NCBI GenBank assembly: GCA_051883555.1
Contig: JBJETY010000036.1
Coordinates: 69,671-125,406, forward strand
Reading direction: 5' to 3'
DNA: 55,736 bases
Source of the DNA: Christensenellales bacterium
Lineage (GTDB): Bacteria; Bacillota; Clostridia; Christensenellales; CAG-917
Shown here: positions 10,369 through 20,264 of the stretch, one piece after another
Numbering within the stretch: position 1 is the stretch's first letter
Layout: the number at the start of each line of letters is the position of its first letter
Notes under the pieces: generated by a model
Told to the model about the DNA's origin: nothing
The model's input: only the letters and a program-made list of their open reading frames with translations
Databases searched by the model: none
Position numbers and translations under genes: made by a program

Positions 10369-11204
10369 CTGAACCTCGTATTTCGTTTATCCGTTGTCAA
10401 AGCCGGTGCAATGTTATAAGCTCTCTCGATTTCTTCTTTGAGTTTTTCCATCGTTATATATCTTTTTATATCGCCGTTTTTTACGATTGAAATTATACCC
10501 GTCTCTTCGCTGACTACAATCGCAAGACAATCGCATTCTTCGGTAATACCAATTGCGGCGCGATGCCTTGTTCCCATCTCTTTATTTACAAGTTTTTGCG
10601 TAAGCGGCAAGAAGCAACCTGCGCTGAGTATTTTATTGCCCTTTACCACAACCGCCCCGTCGTGCAACGGCGCTTTTGTATTGAATATCGATTCAAGCAA
10701 ACCCGCCGACAAAGTCGCGTTAAGACTTGTACCCGTTTCTAATACGCTTTTCGGAAATTCGTTAGGACCTGTTATGAGAATGATTGCACCAATATCCTGC
10801 TTTGCCATATCCTGACAAGCCGTCAGAATTTCAAGCGTACTCGTTTTAAGTTCGTCGTCGCCGCCAAAACCTTCGTGATTGAAATTCGCTACGTGTTTAT
10901 CGGTGATTCGTTGAAAAATCAGTTTAATATCGCTGCGATACACAACAATCGACGCGACAACGAAACCGTAAACCAAAATCTTCATTATTGCTCTCGACAC
11001 CGCAAGAATCGTTCCGCCGAAAGCATAACTCAATATATTGACGGCAAGCGCAACCGCTACGATTGCAAAAAATATCAACATTATTTTTATTCTTTTTTTC
11101 TTCAGAAAAAATATAGTTAATGCCGTTATTACAAGCGCCAATATGACAAGGTCTATTATGGCAAACGCATTTATGTTTTTAAAATACTCGTAAAAATTAA
11201 ACAT
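10365..11204 (-). CDS. cdaA: Diadenylate cyclase (CdaA/DacA type)
   Basis: ATG at 11204 with GGAGG RBS (ORF track overextends to 11354); three TM helices, then DAC domain with HDGA and GTRHRAA motifs and VVSEETG. Confidence 0.9.
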   Translation of the reverse strand: MFNFYEYFKNINAFAIIDLVILALVITALTIFFLKKKRIKIMLIFFAIVAVALAVNILSYAFGGTILAVSRAIMKILVYGFVVASIVVYRSDIKLIFQRITDKHVANFNHEGFGGDDELKTSTLEILTACQDMAKQDIGAIILITGPNEFPKSVLETGTSLNATLSAGLLESIFNTKAPLHDGAVVVKGNKILSAGCFLPLTQKLVNKEMGTRHRAAIGITEECDCLAIVVSEETGIISIVKNGDIKRYITMEKLKEEIERAYNIAPALTTDKRNTRFR

Positions 11205-11501
11205 TTTATCCTCCGTCAGATTTGCCAATGATTTTTTAACGTAACTTTTATACAGCTTTACGATTGCGTTTAACTTAAAACGAATTGACGCTTTTAAATT
11301 AAATTTCAACGAACCGCAAATCAAACGAATAAAGTCTTCTGTGAAGTTATTCAAAATAGCCCTTTGACCTATTCGTTCCGGGTTTTATCTACGGTTCAAA
11401 CGCAACAAAGTTTATTTGCAATTTATTTATGCGATAGCATTTTTGTTCGAACTCGAATGCAACGCAAAAACATTTGCGTCAACAGCGTTTAAAGTTAAAT
11501 T

Positions 11502-12257
11502 TTATACGTCAAAATCGTCGAAAACTTTGTCGTTTTCTTCAACCGTACCTTCGATAACGGTTTGATTTCCGCCCGAATTCGGTTTCTTTGACAATAAATA
11601 ATAAGTTACGCAAATATAAATTAAGAATGCCGCAAGCAAAACGGCGCCTATAATTATTGCCGTTTTTTCGTTAGGGTCAAAGGTCAGAGTCAACCCCAAA
11701 TCCTGCAAAGCCTCGCCGTATCTGTCCTGGCTTACGTACAAAATCACGTTGGAAAAATATCCGAGCAATTTCCATACGAAATACGGCAATATCGTATTCA
11801 AAAATACCGCATGCCTGTTTTGAGTCGTCTTTTTCAAAACGGTAAAATGCGTCATAAGAATATACGCAACACCGTTTACGGCGACGGGACAGATATACTG
11901 CAAAAACACGTAAATTTCATCGTTTAAAAAATTGAAAGCATACAACACTGCGCAAATAAGATTGGCAATCATCGTAAAAAGCAAAACGTTGAAAATGAAA
12001 TAATCCTTTTCAATTTCCGTAGAAGCGCGTCTTATGATAAGATACAAAACGTAAATTGCAACATACGTTATAACGGCACTGAGCAATCCATATATAAACA
12101 CTACTTCAAACAACGCCAGAAAAACGTTTGCCGCAACTCCGCTCAGAAACATTTCACCGTATACTTCGGAAATTTCAAAAACGGAAACAAGCACTTCGCT
12201 TATTGCCAAGGCTAAGAACACAAGAATTAAATTTGTTTTTACTGAAGTCTTTTTCAT
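11502..12257 (-). CDS. Hypothetical multi-pass membrane protein
   Basis: About 6 hydrophobic segments and an acidic C-terminus; ATG at 12257 preceded by GAAGGT. Confidence 0.7.
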   Translation of the reverse strand: MKKTSVKTNLILVFLALAISEVLVSVFEISEVYGEMFLSGVAANVFLALFEVVFIYGLLSAVITYVAIYVLYLIIRRASTEIEKDYFIFNVLLFTMIANLICAVLYAFNFLNDEIYVFLQYICPVAVNGVAYILMTHFTVLKKTTQNRHAVFLNTILPYFVWKLLGYFSNVILYVSQDRYGEALQDLGLTLTFDPNEKTAIIIGAVLLAAFLIYICVTYYLLSKKPNSGGNQTVIEGTVEENDKVFDDFDV

Positions 12258-12488
12258 ACTTACCTTCACCGACCGAAGTCAATTCATTTTATATTTTTCC
12301 GTCCGAATTTTTACGCTCATACAACAAGTTATAAATCAACTTACTCTAAGAGCCGCCATACGTTCAACAAACAAACGTAATTGCGATTTTAAGCGGTAAC
12401 CCCGTTCTTAACCGATTAAAATTAGCCAAAGCGATTTTTTACATAACGTAACCGATTTTTATTAACGCAAATTATTTTTAAATGCCAA

Positions 12489-13481
12489 TTAAATTAAATT
12501 TATAACCGCGTTTTTTAAAGCAGACGTCTCACTGTATTTACCTTTCAATACGTCTTCATATGTATCTTCAAGATAATCTACGGTCTTTTTAAGTTGCACC
12601 TGCGAAAAGTTTTTTGCCTGAGATTTATATTGTTTTACGGCAAAAGGTTTTACTCCAAGCATCTCGGCAAGAATTTCAGGCGACGTCGTACTGTCGAGCG
12701 ACACGCTAAGCAATCTTCTGAAATGATTGACTAAAACGCCTAAAACAGCGACGGACGAAACGTTAAAGCGAAAAAAATTGTTGAGAATTTTCAACGCCTG
12801 CTCGCTGTCGTGATTTCCGAGAGCCGACGACAATTCGAAAATCTGCGATTCCATTTCGGGAGAGACGAGCTCAACTACTTCGTTTTGCGTAATATTTCCG
12901 TCGGTAAAATATCTGAGTTTTTCAAGCTCGCTAGAAATTCTCTGCATATCGCCGCCCGTAAACTGGACTAAGGTATTTAATGCGTTTCTATCAATCGTAA
13001 CTCTTCTGTCGCCGACGGATAATATTTTTTCTATTTCATATTCGATTTCATCGGGGTCGAGTTTTGTGCAATCGACGACAATGGCGAATTTTTCAAGAGA
13101 ACGAAGCATTTTCTTTCCGTTCACCGCCACAAGGTCGGAATTCGCGACGACAAGAACAAGAACGGCATTTTCGTTAGGATTCAACAGATATTTTTCAATC
13201 ATGTTGTAATCGGATTCCAGAAGTTTATCCGTGACGTCCGTTGCAAATACCATTCTTTTTGTATCGAGCACCGGCAAAGTATCCAATGCGTTTATTACTT
13301 TCTGTACGCCCGACGAAATTATGCTGATTTCATCGCAGTTAAAATCAACGTACTCAGGAAGCAAAACACTTTTTAGAATGTCGATCGCCTTTCTTCGCAA
13401 GTATGCGTCCTTGCCTTTTAGAATGTAACAAGGAGAAATTTTTTCCGTTAAAGATTTTTTTAACTCGCTGATTTTAACCAT
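12489..13481 (-). CDS. holA: DNA polymerase III subunit delta
   Basis: YILKGKDAYL, TLPVLDTKRMV, GDMQRISSELEKL, IFELSSAL, GVKPFAV; typical length of ~330 aa. Confidence 0.88.
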   Translation of the reverse strand: MVKISELKKSLTEKISPCYILKGKDAYLRRKAIDILKSVLLPEYVDFNCDEISIISSGVQKVINALDTLPVLDTKRMVFATDVTDKLLESDYNMIEKYLLNPNENAVLVLVVANSDLVAVNGKKMLRSLEKFAIVVDCTKLDPDEIEYEIEKILSVGDRRVTIDRNALNTLVQFTGGDMQRISSELEKLRYFTDGNITQNEVVELVSPEMESQIFELSSALGNHDSEQALKILNNFFRFNVSSVAVLGVLVNHFRRLLSVSLDSTTSPEILAEMLGVKPFAVKQYKSQAKNFSQVQLKKTVDYLEDTYEDVLKGKYSETSALKNAVINLI

Positions 13482-13868
13482 AAATACCCATTATTTGATG
13501 TTATACAATTTTAACACTTTTTATTAGCAATGTAAAGAATTTTCATTTCGTTGCTAAATGCATTTATATATCTTATATATAGTTATATGCTATACTCGCT
13601 TTCTTAAAATTCAATTAAAATAAACAAACTTAAACTTTACTCGTTTAATTTGCAATGATAAGGTTAATTGTTAGCGTAAAATTTTATAAGTTTTTAATTT
13701 AGCGATTTAAGAAAAATCAAAATAATTTAAATAATTATTAATTGAAATGCAATTTAAATACTTTCAAATACTAAAAAATGATTTACGCTAAGACCAAAAA
13801 CGATTTATGCAAAAAAATGATTCAATAAATTTAAATACTTTAAATACTAAGATAATAATGATTAATTA

Positions 13869-13906
13869 AAAATATAAAGTCGCAAAAAATTGCGACTTTA
13901 TATTTT
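13869..13906. terminator. Long perfect hairpin, putative terminator of the ABC operon
   Basis: 17-bp stem AAAATATAAAGTCGCAA / TTGCGACTTTATATTTT. Confidence 0.7.
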
Positions 13907-14035
13907 ATCACGTATTGTGACATATATTCAGCTATTGAATTTTAATTATGAATTTTAATGTTTTTAAATAATTATCCGTTAAGGCAATTACTATAAAACC
14001 ATAAACAAAAATTCTGTATATTATTTTATCAATAA

Positions 14036-15124
14036 TTACAAGACTTTTCTCAGGAATTCTTTTAACCTGTCACATTTAGGATTTGAAAAGAATTCGTCAG
14101 GAGGACCTTGTTCAAGAATTTTACCTTGCGCCATAAACAGTACTCTTGTCGCAACTTCTCTTGCAAAGCCCATTTCATGCGTTACGATAACCATAGTCAT
14201 ACCCTCGTCCGCAACCTGTTTGATAAGGTCGAGAACTTCGCCAACCATTTCGGGGTCAAGAGCGGAAGTCGGTTCGTCGAATAACATAACTTTAGGATTC
14301 ATTGCAAGCGCCCTTGCTATTGCAACACGCTGTTTCTGTCCGCCCGAAAGATTATTAGGATATTCGTCCGCTTTGCTGACAAGACCTATACGATCTAAAA
14401 GTTCCATAGCTTTTCTTTCCGCAGCCACCTTTATCGCTTTTGCGGAAACAAATTCTAAAACCTTCTTTTCCTTTTTGTGGGCATGAGTCATATGCGTAAC
14501 TTTTCTTTCAATCGTTTCAACCTTTTCGGTAAGCTTCAATTTCTTTTTGGTAAGCTTAGAATCATACGTGGCAAACGATTTTCCCGCAATATCCTTTATC
14601 ACTTTCGTTTCTTCCCATTTTGCGATTAACGGCACAAGGGAGGCGTTTAAAGCTTCGATTTTCTTTTTAAGCCGAGCTACCTTTTTATCAACGTTGGCGT
14701 TGTGCTTCTCGCCGAATTTTTCAAACCACTTATTATAAATCGGAACAAAGAAATTATAACGTTTGGCTTTTTTCATATTATCCTTGCCGATTTTGGTAGG
14801 CGCTAAAGTAATATTCTTTTTAACGGTAAGATTGTTAAAGAGGTTAAACTGCTGAAATACCATTCCCATCTTCTGACGTTGCGCGTTGATATCGACTTTT
14901 ACGTCGGCAAGGTCTACGCCGTCGAAGAAAATTTTTCCCGCCGTCGGGTCTTCAAGACAATTGAGGCATCTCAAAAAGGTTGACTTACCGCCTCCGGAAG
15001 GACCGATAATAGCAATCTTTTCTCCCTCTTTAATCGATTCGGAAATATCGTCCAGAACGAGAAGATTGCCGAAACTCTTAGTAAGATTTTGTACTTTTAT
15101 TATTTCTGCGTCGCTTTTAACCAT
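14036..15124 (-). CDS. Polar amino acid ABC transporter ATP-binding protein (GlnQ-like) with a large insertion
   Basis: ATG at 15124 with GGAG RBS; Walker [11 protein letters not shown]-loop VFQQFNLF, signature LSGGQKQR, Walker [13 protein letters not shown]-loop VTHE; ~115 extra residues in the helical subdomain. Confidence 0.92.
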   Translation of the reverse strand: MVKSDAEIIKVQNLTKSFGNLLVLDDISESIKEGEKIAIIGPSGGGKSTFLRCLNCLEDPTAGKIFFDGVDLADVKVDINAQRQKMGMVFQQFNLFNNLTVKKNITLAPTKIGKDNMKKAKRYNFFVPIYNKWFEKFGEKHNANVDKKVARLKKKIEALNASLVPLIAKWEETKVIKDIAGKSFATYDSKLTKKKLKLTEKVETIERKVTHMTHAHKKEKKVLEFVSAKAIKVAAERKAMELLDRIGLVSKADEYPNNLSGGQKQRVAIARALAMNPKVMLFDEPTSALDPEMVGEVLDLIKQVADEGMTMVIVTHEMGFAREVATRVLFMAQGKILEQGPPDEFFSNPKCDRLKEFLRKVL

Positions 15125-15920
15125 TATCGTCTTCTCCTTTCTGAGTCGTGCCTTCACCTGCCGTCGAATAAGTCATAAGCGCGGGCTTGGAGACTTTTTT
15201 TCTCGTAACGACGTTTTTATTATCCGTCCTGCGAAGTCGCTTTTCTATAAGTCTTAAAACAAGCGTAACGATAAGGACTATAATTAAGTAAATGACCGCC
15301 AGAATCATATAATCAACCAACGCCATATAGTTTCTTGCTACTATTCTCTGTACCGCAAAGGTTACGTCGATAACCGCTATGTATCCCGCAACCGACGTGT
15401 CTTTAAGCAAAGTTATAAGTTCGTTGCCCATTGTCGGTATGACCGATTTAACCGCCTGCGGAATTACGATTCTTATCATCGACGTATTATACGAAAGTCC
15501 CAGAGCGCGTCCCGCTTCGAGCTGACCTTTATCTACCGAAAGCAATGCTCCGCGGATAAATTCAGATTGATACGCCGCACTGTTAAGTCCGAAAACAAGT
15601 ATAGCTATAAACAACGTACCCTGTTCGGAATTAGTAAGCGCCGAGCCGGCAAGCAATCCGAAATACATCAAAAGCAACTGAACGACTATCGGCGTACCGC
15701 GAACGACCGTTACGTACACGTCGCATATCTTTTCAATGATTTTAAGCGGCCAGTTACGATACTTAGGTTTAACCTTTACTATTGCAATCAGCGTTCCCAG
15801 AACGATACCTATCGCAAACGCCGAAAACGCAATTATCAGGGTTGTCTTCAACCCTGATAATAATTGCATATGGTACTTGGTCAGAACCGACCAGAATTTT
15901 TCGAAAAAATTATCCCACAT
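15117..15920 (-). CDS. Polar amino acid ABC transporter permease
   Basis: [31 protein letters not shown] (EAA loop), LLKDTS. Confidence 0.93.
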   Translation of the reverse strand: MWDNFFEKFWSVLTKYHMQLLSGLKTTLIIAFSAFAIGIVLGTLIAIVKVKPKYRNWPLKIIEKICDVYVTVVRGTPIVVQLLLMYFGLLAGSALTNSEQGTLFIAILVFGLNSAAYQSEFIRGALLSVDKGQLEAGRALGLSYNTSMIRIVIPQAVKSVIPTMGNELITLLKDTSVAGYIAVIDVTFAVQRIVARNYMALVDYMILAVIYLIIVLIVTLVLRLIEKRLRRTDNKNVVTRKKVSKPALMTYSTAGEGTTQKGEDDNG

Positions 15921-15924
15921 AATC

Positions 15925-16767
15925 TTATTCGCCTAATCCGCTTGAAAGTCCGTATTTACTGAAGATGGATTCAATTGTTCCGTCAGCAATCAATTTGTCC
16001 ATTGCTTTGTTGATTTTGTTTAACAATTCCGTGTTACCTTTCTTTACTGCGAATGCATAATCTTCACCGGTAAGAACTACTGAAGAAGCTTTAATGCCTG
16101 CGTTTGCTGCAACCAATTTGCTAGCAGGTACTGCGTCGATGACAACGTAATCAACTGTTCCGTTCAAAAGAGCTTGTACTGCAAGTGCGCCTGAAGCAAA
16201 TCCCGTAGCAGTTGCACCGATTCCGTCGTAGTCGTCTGAATCGCCCGATACGTAAGCATAACCTGTTGTTCCGTTCTGAACGCCGATTTTCTTGCCTGCA
16301 AGTTCTTTTTCGATTGCTGCGATAGCCGTTGCTAAATCTTCATCGCTGTCAGAAGCTGCTACGATATCAAGAATTGTACTGCCGTTCTTTGCAATAACAA
16401 CCTGGCTTGAGCTAAAGTATGTCTGAGTGAAGTCAACGGATTGTTTACGTTCGTTAGTTACGGTAAGACCTGCCATAGCTACGTCTTGTGCGCCGCTTGC
16501 AACCGAACCTACAACCGAATCAAACGCCATATCCGTAATCTTGCAAGTGACGCCGAGTTCTTTTGCAATTGCCTGTGCGATATCCATATCGATACCGGTT
16601 GGATTTCCGGACTCGTCAAGATACTCAAATGGATCAAACTCACAGTTTGTTGCTACGTTCAAGGCACCGTCTTCAAGACCTGTCGTGTCCTTGTTGCAAG
16701 CCGTAAAGGCGAAACAACAAGCAATGACTGTTGCTAAAACCAAAATAATTCCAATAGCTTTTTTCAT
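15925..16767 (-). CDS. Amino acid ABC transporter substrate-binding lipoprotein (family 3)
   Basis: Lipobox FTA-C; FDPFEY, GIDMDIA, IGVQNGTTG, YAFAVKKG. Confidence 0.93.
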   Translation of the reverse strand: MKKAIGIILVLATVIACCFAFTACNKDTTGLEDGALNVATNCEFDPFEYLDESGNPTGIDMDIAQAIAKELGVTCKITDMAFDSVVGSVASGAQDVAMAGLTVTNERKQSVDFTQTYFSSSQVVIAKNGSTILDIVAASDSDEDLATAIAAIEKELAGKKIGVQNGTTGYAYVSGDSDDYDGIGATATGFASGALAVQALLNGTVDYVVIDAVPASKLVAANAGIKASSVVLTGEDYAFAVKKGNTELLNKINKAMDKLIADGTIESIFSKYGLSSGLGE

Positions 16768-16819
16768 AGTTTTTATTCTCCTAAATTTTGTTTTCCTTTG
16801 ATGATGCCATTATGCCACC

Positions 16820-16942
16820 TCTTTAATAAAAATGCAATTAAATTGCATAAATTTTTAAAAAAAATTTAAATTTGGCTTATTTTTTGCATAAAATGCCATT
16901 TTTTATGCATTTATATGAATTTTTATGCATTTTATATGCATT
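16820..16942. promoter_or_regulatory. Cluster of ArgR (ARG-box)-like operators upstream of the ABC operon
   Basis: TGAATTTTTATGCA (16916-16929), with overlapping TGCATTTATATGAA and TGCATTTTATATGCA, plus TTAATAAAAATGCA...TGCATAAATTTTTA at ~16823-16857; these resemble the TGMATwwwwATKCA consensus. Confidence 0.6.
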
Positions 16943-17025
16943 ATAGGCAATTTTCGGAATATTTTATTTCGTTTTTTATGTTTTAAAGATACGTTTAAAC
17001 GAAACAAGCTGAATTAAAAACGGGT

Positions 17026-17054
17026 TTGACAAAATTATGCATACATATTATAAT
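17026..17054 (+). promoter_or_regulatory. Sigma-A promoter of the apt-like gene
   Basis: Perfect TTGACA-17 bp-TATAAT. Confidence 0.85.
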
Positions 17055-17095
17055 GTCTTGCGTAGTGAGATTCAATCTCACGTTAAAGAGGAAAT

Positions 17096-17638
17096 ATGGA
17101 AAAATTTTACACTATTACTGTTGCCGGTTGCACTCGCGACCTCCCTATTTGCAAAGTCAGCGACAAAATGGATATTGCCGCTTTCGTTATGTTCGGTGAC
17201 GTTGAACTTACGGTTAATTCCGCAAAGGAATTGCTTAAAAAGGCTCCCGATTTCGACGTTATTCTTACCGCAGAATCAAAAGGCATTCCGCTTGCTTACG
17301 AAATGAGCCGTGAAAGCGGAAAAAAATACGTTCTTGCAAGAAAGAGCCCTAAACTCTATATGAAAGAACCTATCAAAATCGCAGTAAAATCGATTACGAC
17401 GGCCAAAATTCAGGAATTATATCTTGACAAAACCGACGCCGAATATTTAAACGGCAAAAAATGCCTTATTGTAGACGACGTTATCTCAACGGGCGAATCT
17501 CTCAAAGCGCTCGAAGGTCTTCTGGAACAGACGGGGGCGGAAATCGTAGGAAAGATGGCCGTTCTTGCCGAAGGTGACGCCGCAAAGCGAAACGATATTA
17601 TATATCTCGAGCACTTACCTCTTTTCTTTAAAGATTAA
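17096..17638 (+). CDS. Purine (adenine-like) phosphoribosyltransferase family protein
   Basis: TAESKGIP, LARK and PRPP-binding loop LIVDDVISTGES; GAGG RBS. Confidence 0.85.
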   Translation: MEKFYTITVAGCTRDLPICKVSDKMDIAAFVMFGDVELTVNSAKELLKKAPDFDVILTAESKGIPLAYEMSRESGKKYVLARKSPKLYMKEPIKIAVKSITTAKIQELYLDKTDAEYLNGKKCLIVDDVISTGESLKALEGLLEQTGAEIVGKMAVLAEGDAAKRNDIIYLEHLPLFFKD

Positions 17639-17823
17639 TTTTTGCTCATCGGCAATCGAAATTGATAAATCGAAATCGCTGTATAAAAATTGTAATTAAA
17701 TTGTCAATTAAAATAGTAATTAGAATAGTAAATAAAATCGCTAATTAGAATTGCTATATAAAATTATTTTTAAATATTATTCATCAGCAATATTTATCAG
17801 CAATATTATTTATCGGTAAAAAC

Positions 17824-17849
17824 AAAAGGGCTAAAATTTTAGCCCTTTT
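17824..17849 (+). terminator. Intrinsic terminator
   Basis: AAAAGGGCTAAA-AT-TTTAGCCCTTTT hairpin. Confidence 0.78.
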
Positions 17850-18006
17850 ATTTTTATATCGTTAAACCTATATTTATTATTCGTTTTAGCTAATTTATAA
17901 TTATCCGTTTTAACAGATTCGTTTTAACAGCGCTAATTAATCATAAACGCAGTTTTAACCGCAAGATATCTTTCGGTCTTTATCTTAAAATTATTTTTTC
18001 TCTTTG

Positions 18007-18035
18007 TTGACTATAATATATTTATAAATTATAAT
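18007..18035 (+). promoter_or_regulatory. Sigma-A promoter of the ilvB operon
   Basis: TTGACT-17 bp-TATAAT. Confidence 0.7.
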
Positions 18036-18192
18036 AATATATAAACTTAAAAACATAAATTAAAAACCTAAATCAAATTTACGTCGCATTTTGTCGCATT
18101 CATAAACGCATATACGTGCGACAAAACCGATTAGAGAATTTATTTTAAATCTTAAAAATAAATGCTTTTCATTTATACTCAGAGGAACTGAT

Positions 18193-19734
18193 ATGACAGG
18201 TGCGGAAATTTTGCTTAAAACGTTGACCGAACTCAAGGTGGATACGATTTTCGGATATCCGGGTTCTAGTATTTTGCCTGTTTACGACGCATTGCCAAAG
18301 TTCCCTATCCGCCACGTTTTAACTTCCCACGAAACGGGGGCGGGATTTGCCGCAAGCGGAATGGCAAGGGCGACGGGAAAACCGGGAGTAGTTTTAGCAA
18401 CGTCGGGTCCCGGTGCTACAAACCTCGTCACGACTATAGCCGACGCTTTTATGGATAGCGTGCCGCTCATTGCGATTACGGGAAACGTTGAACTGAAAAA
18501 TCTCGGACACGACTGTTTTCAGGAAGTCGACGTTTTCGGAATGACTATGCCGATAGTCAAATACAGCTATATCGTAAAATCGGTCGACGACATAGAAAGT
18601 ACGGTTTACGAAGCGTTTGAAATTGCGACCTCGGGAAGAAAAGGTCCTGTGCTAATCGATATTCCTTTCGACGTGCTTACAAGCGAAGGCGATTTTACAG
18701 GCGACCGCAAAAACGGAGCGCCAACTGTCTCTTACGATTTTAAAGACGTAAACAAAATCGCAGACGTTATAAACAAATCGGAAAAGCCGTTTCTATATCT
18801 AGGCGGAGGGGCGATAGACTACTCCGACAAAATCATAAAGCTTGCAAAACTTATTAAAGCACAGATAGGGGTAAGTTTCATGGCTTTAGGCTGCGTGCCG
18901 TCCGATTTCAACGGATATGCGGGAATAGTTTGCGACGACAATAAACCGATGATAAAGGAAGTCCTGTCGGACAGCGACCTTATCATAACGCTCGGGGCAA
19001 GATTCAACAACAGAATTTCCGCTTTCGAGAAGATAAAAAATAAACCGATTATACAAATCGACATAGACGGCGCGGAAATCGATAAAAACGTGCTATGCAA
19101 CAATTATTTAATTGCCGACATAGGGGCTGCGCTCGAAAAGCTCATGCCTCTTTTAAAGGAAAAAGACGACAGAGAACTTAAAACGCTATCCCCCGTCGTT
19201 AAAGGACGCGGCAAAGAAATCATATTTAAGCTATCTGAATTTCTGCCGGACGACGCTATAATCGTAACGGACGTGGGGCTGCATCAAATCTGGACGGCGT
19301 CAACCTACCCTTTTAAAAAACCGAGAACGTTTATAACAAGCGGCGGTCTGGGAGTTATGGGCTTCGGTATGGGAGCGGCAATCGGCATATCGCTTGCAAC
19401 GGATAAAAAAGTCGTTCTGATTACGGGAGACGGCTCGCTGAGAATGAATATAGCCGAATTCGAAACCGCCGTTAAACTTAAAACCAACCTTACCGTCGTT
19501 TGTATGAACAATTCGAGCTTAGGACTTATTAAAAAAATTCAGGCAAAATCTTACGGCAAGCATTTTGTAGAATGTGCCGAACCTAAACTAAATTTTGCTA
19601 ACCTTGCAAAAGCGTACTGCGGTGACGGCATAGTTTTATCCAAAAAAGACGACGTGGAAAAAACGCTTGAACAAGCGCTGAAAATCCATACGCCTTGCAT
19701 TGTCGATTGTGAAATTTCCGACAACGAATTCTAG
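18193..19734 (+). CDS. ilvB: Acetolactate synthase large subunit
   Basis: IFGYPG, HETGA, TSGPGATN, FQEVD, DVGLHQ, SGGLGVMG, ThDP motif GDGS...NN. Confidence 0.93.
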   Translation: MTGAEILLKTLTELKVDTIFGYPGSSILPVYDALPKFPIRHVLTSHETGAGFAASGMARATGKPGVVLATSGPGATNLVTTIADAFMDSVPLIAITGNVELKNLGHDCFQEVDVFGMTMPIVKYSYIVKSVDDIESTVYEAFEIATSGRKGPVLIDIPFDVLTSEGDFTGDRKNGAPTVSYDFKDVNKIADVINKSEKPFLYLGGGAIDYSDKIIKLAKLIKAQIGVSFMALGCVPSDFNGYAGIVCDDNKPMIKEVLSDSDLIITLGARFNNRISAFEKIKNKPIIQIDIDGAEIDKNVLCNNYLIADIGAALEKLMPLLKEKDDRELKTLSPVVKGRGKEIIFKLSEFLPDDAIIVTDVGLHQIWTASTYPFKKPRTFITSGGLGVMGFGMGAAIGISLATDKKVVLITGDGSLRMNIAEFETAVKLKTNLTVVCMNNSSLGLIKKIQAKSYGKHFVECAEPKLNFANLAKAYCGDGIVLSKKDDVEKTLEQALKIHTPCIVDCEISDNEF

Positions 19735-19757
19735 GCTTTAAACTAAGGAGTTTGATT

Positions 19758-20264
19758 ATGGTAAAGAATAATAAAACGGAAAGACATATAATTTCCATTC
19801 TCACAAAAAACCAACCGGGCGTATTGTCGCGTATTGCAGGTCTTTTTTCAAGACGCGGCTACAACATTGACGGCCTTACCGTTTGCGCTACCGAAAACGA
19901 AAACTACTCTCGAATGACCGTAACGGTATCCGCTACCGAACAGACGGCAAATCAAATCGTAGAGCAACTTAAAAAACAAATAGACGTTATAAAAGTACTC
20001 GACTTAAAAAGCGGCGACGTGGCTTTAAGAGAACTGCTTTTAATCAAAGTCAACGCAGGCGCAAAAGAAAGAAGCGAACTTTGCGACTTGTGCACTATTT
20101 TTAAAGCTAAGGCCCTCGATACCACACAGAACACTATGATGTTTGAACTTACGGGCAATACGTCGAAAATCGACGCATTTATCGACGTTCTCGTCCCTTA
20201 CGGAATAATAGAAATGGCACGAACGGGTGGCGCCGCACTTGAAAGAGGAAAAAATGAAAATTAG
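19758..20264 (+). CDS. ilvN: Acetolactate synthase small (regulatory) subunit
   Basis: NQPGVLSRIAGLFSRRGYNI ACT motif, RELLLIKV, EMARTG; AAGGAG RBS; start could be TTG 19752. Confidence 0.93.
   Translation: MVKNNKTERHIISILTKNQPGVLSRIAGLFSRRGYNIDGLTVCATENENYSRMTVTVSATEQTANQIVEQLKKQIDVIKVLDLKSGDVALRELLLIKVNAGAKERSELCDLCTIFKAKALDTTQNTMMFELTGNTSKIDAFIDVLVPYGIIEMARTGGAALERGKNEN

Noticed and set aside
11205-11354. N-terminal extensions in the ORF track for cdaA, and likewise for VTC, the sensor kinase, leuA, hom, coaX and the ABC ATPase
   Set aside because: Downstream starts have proper SD sequences and match the expected family N-termini.
14431-14782. Intein or intron in the ABC ATPase
   Set aside because: No intein terminal residues or homing endonuclease motifs; the frame is continuous.
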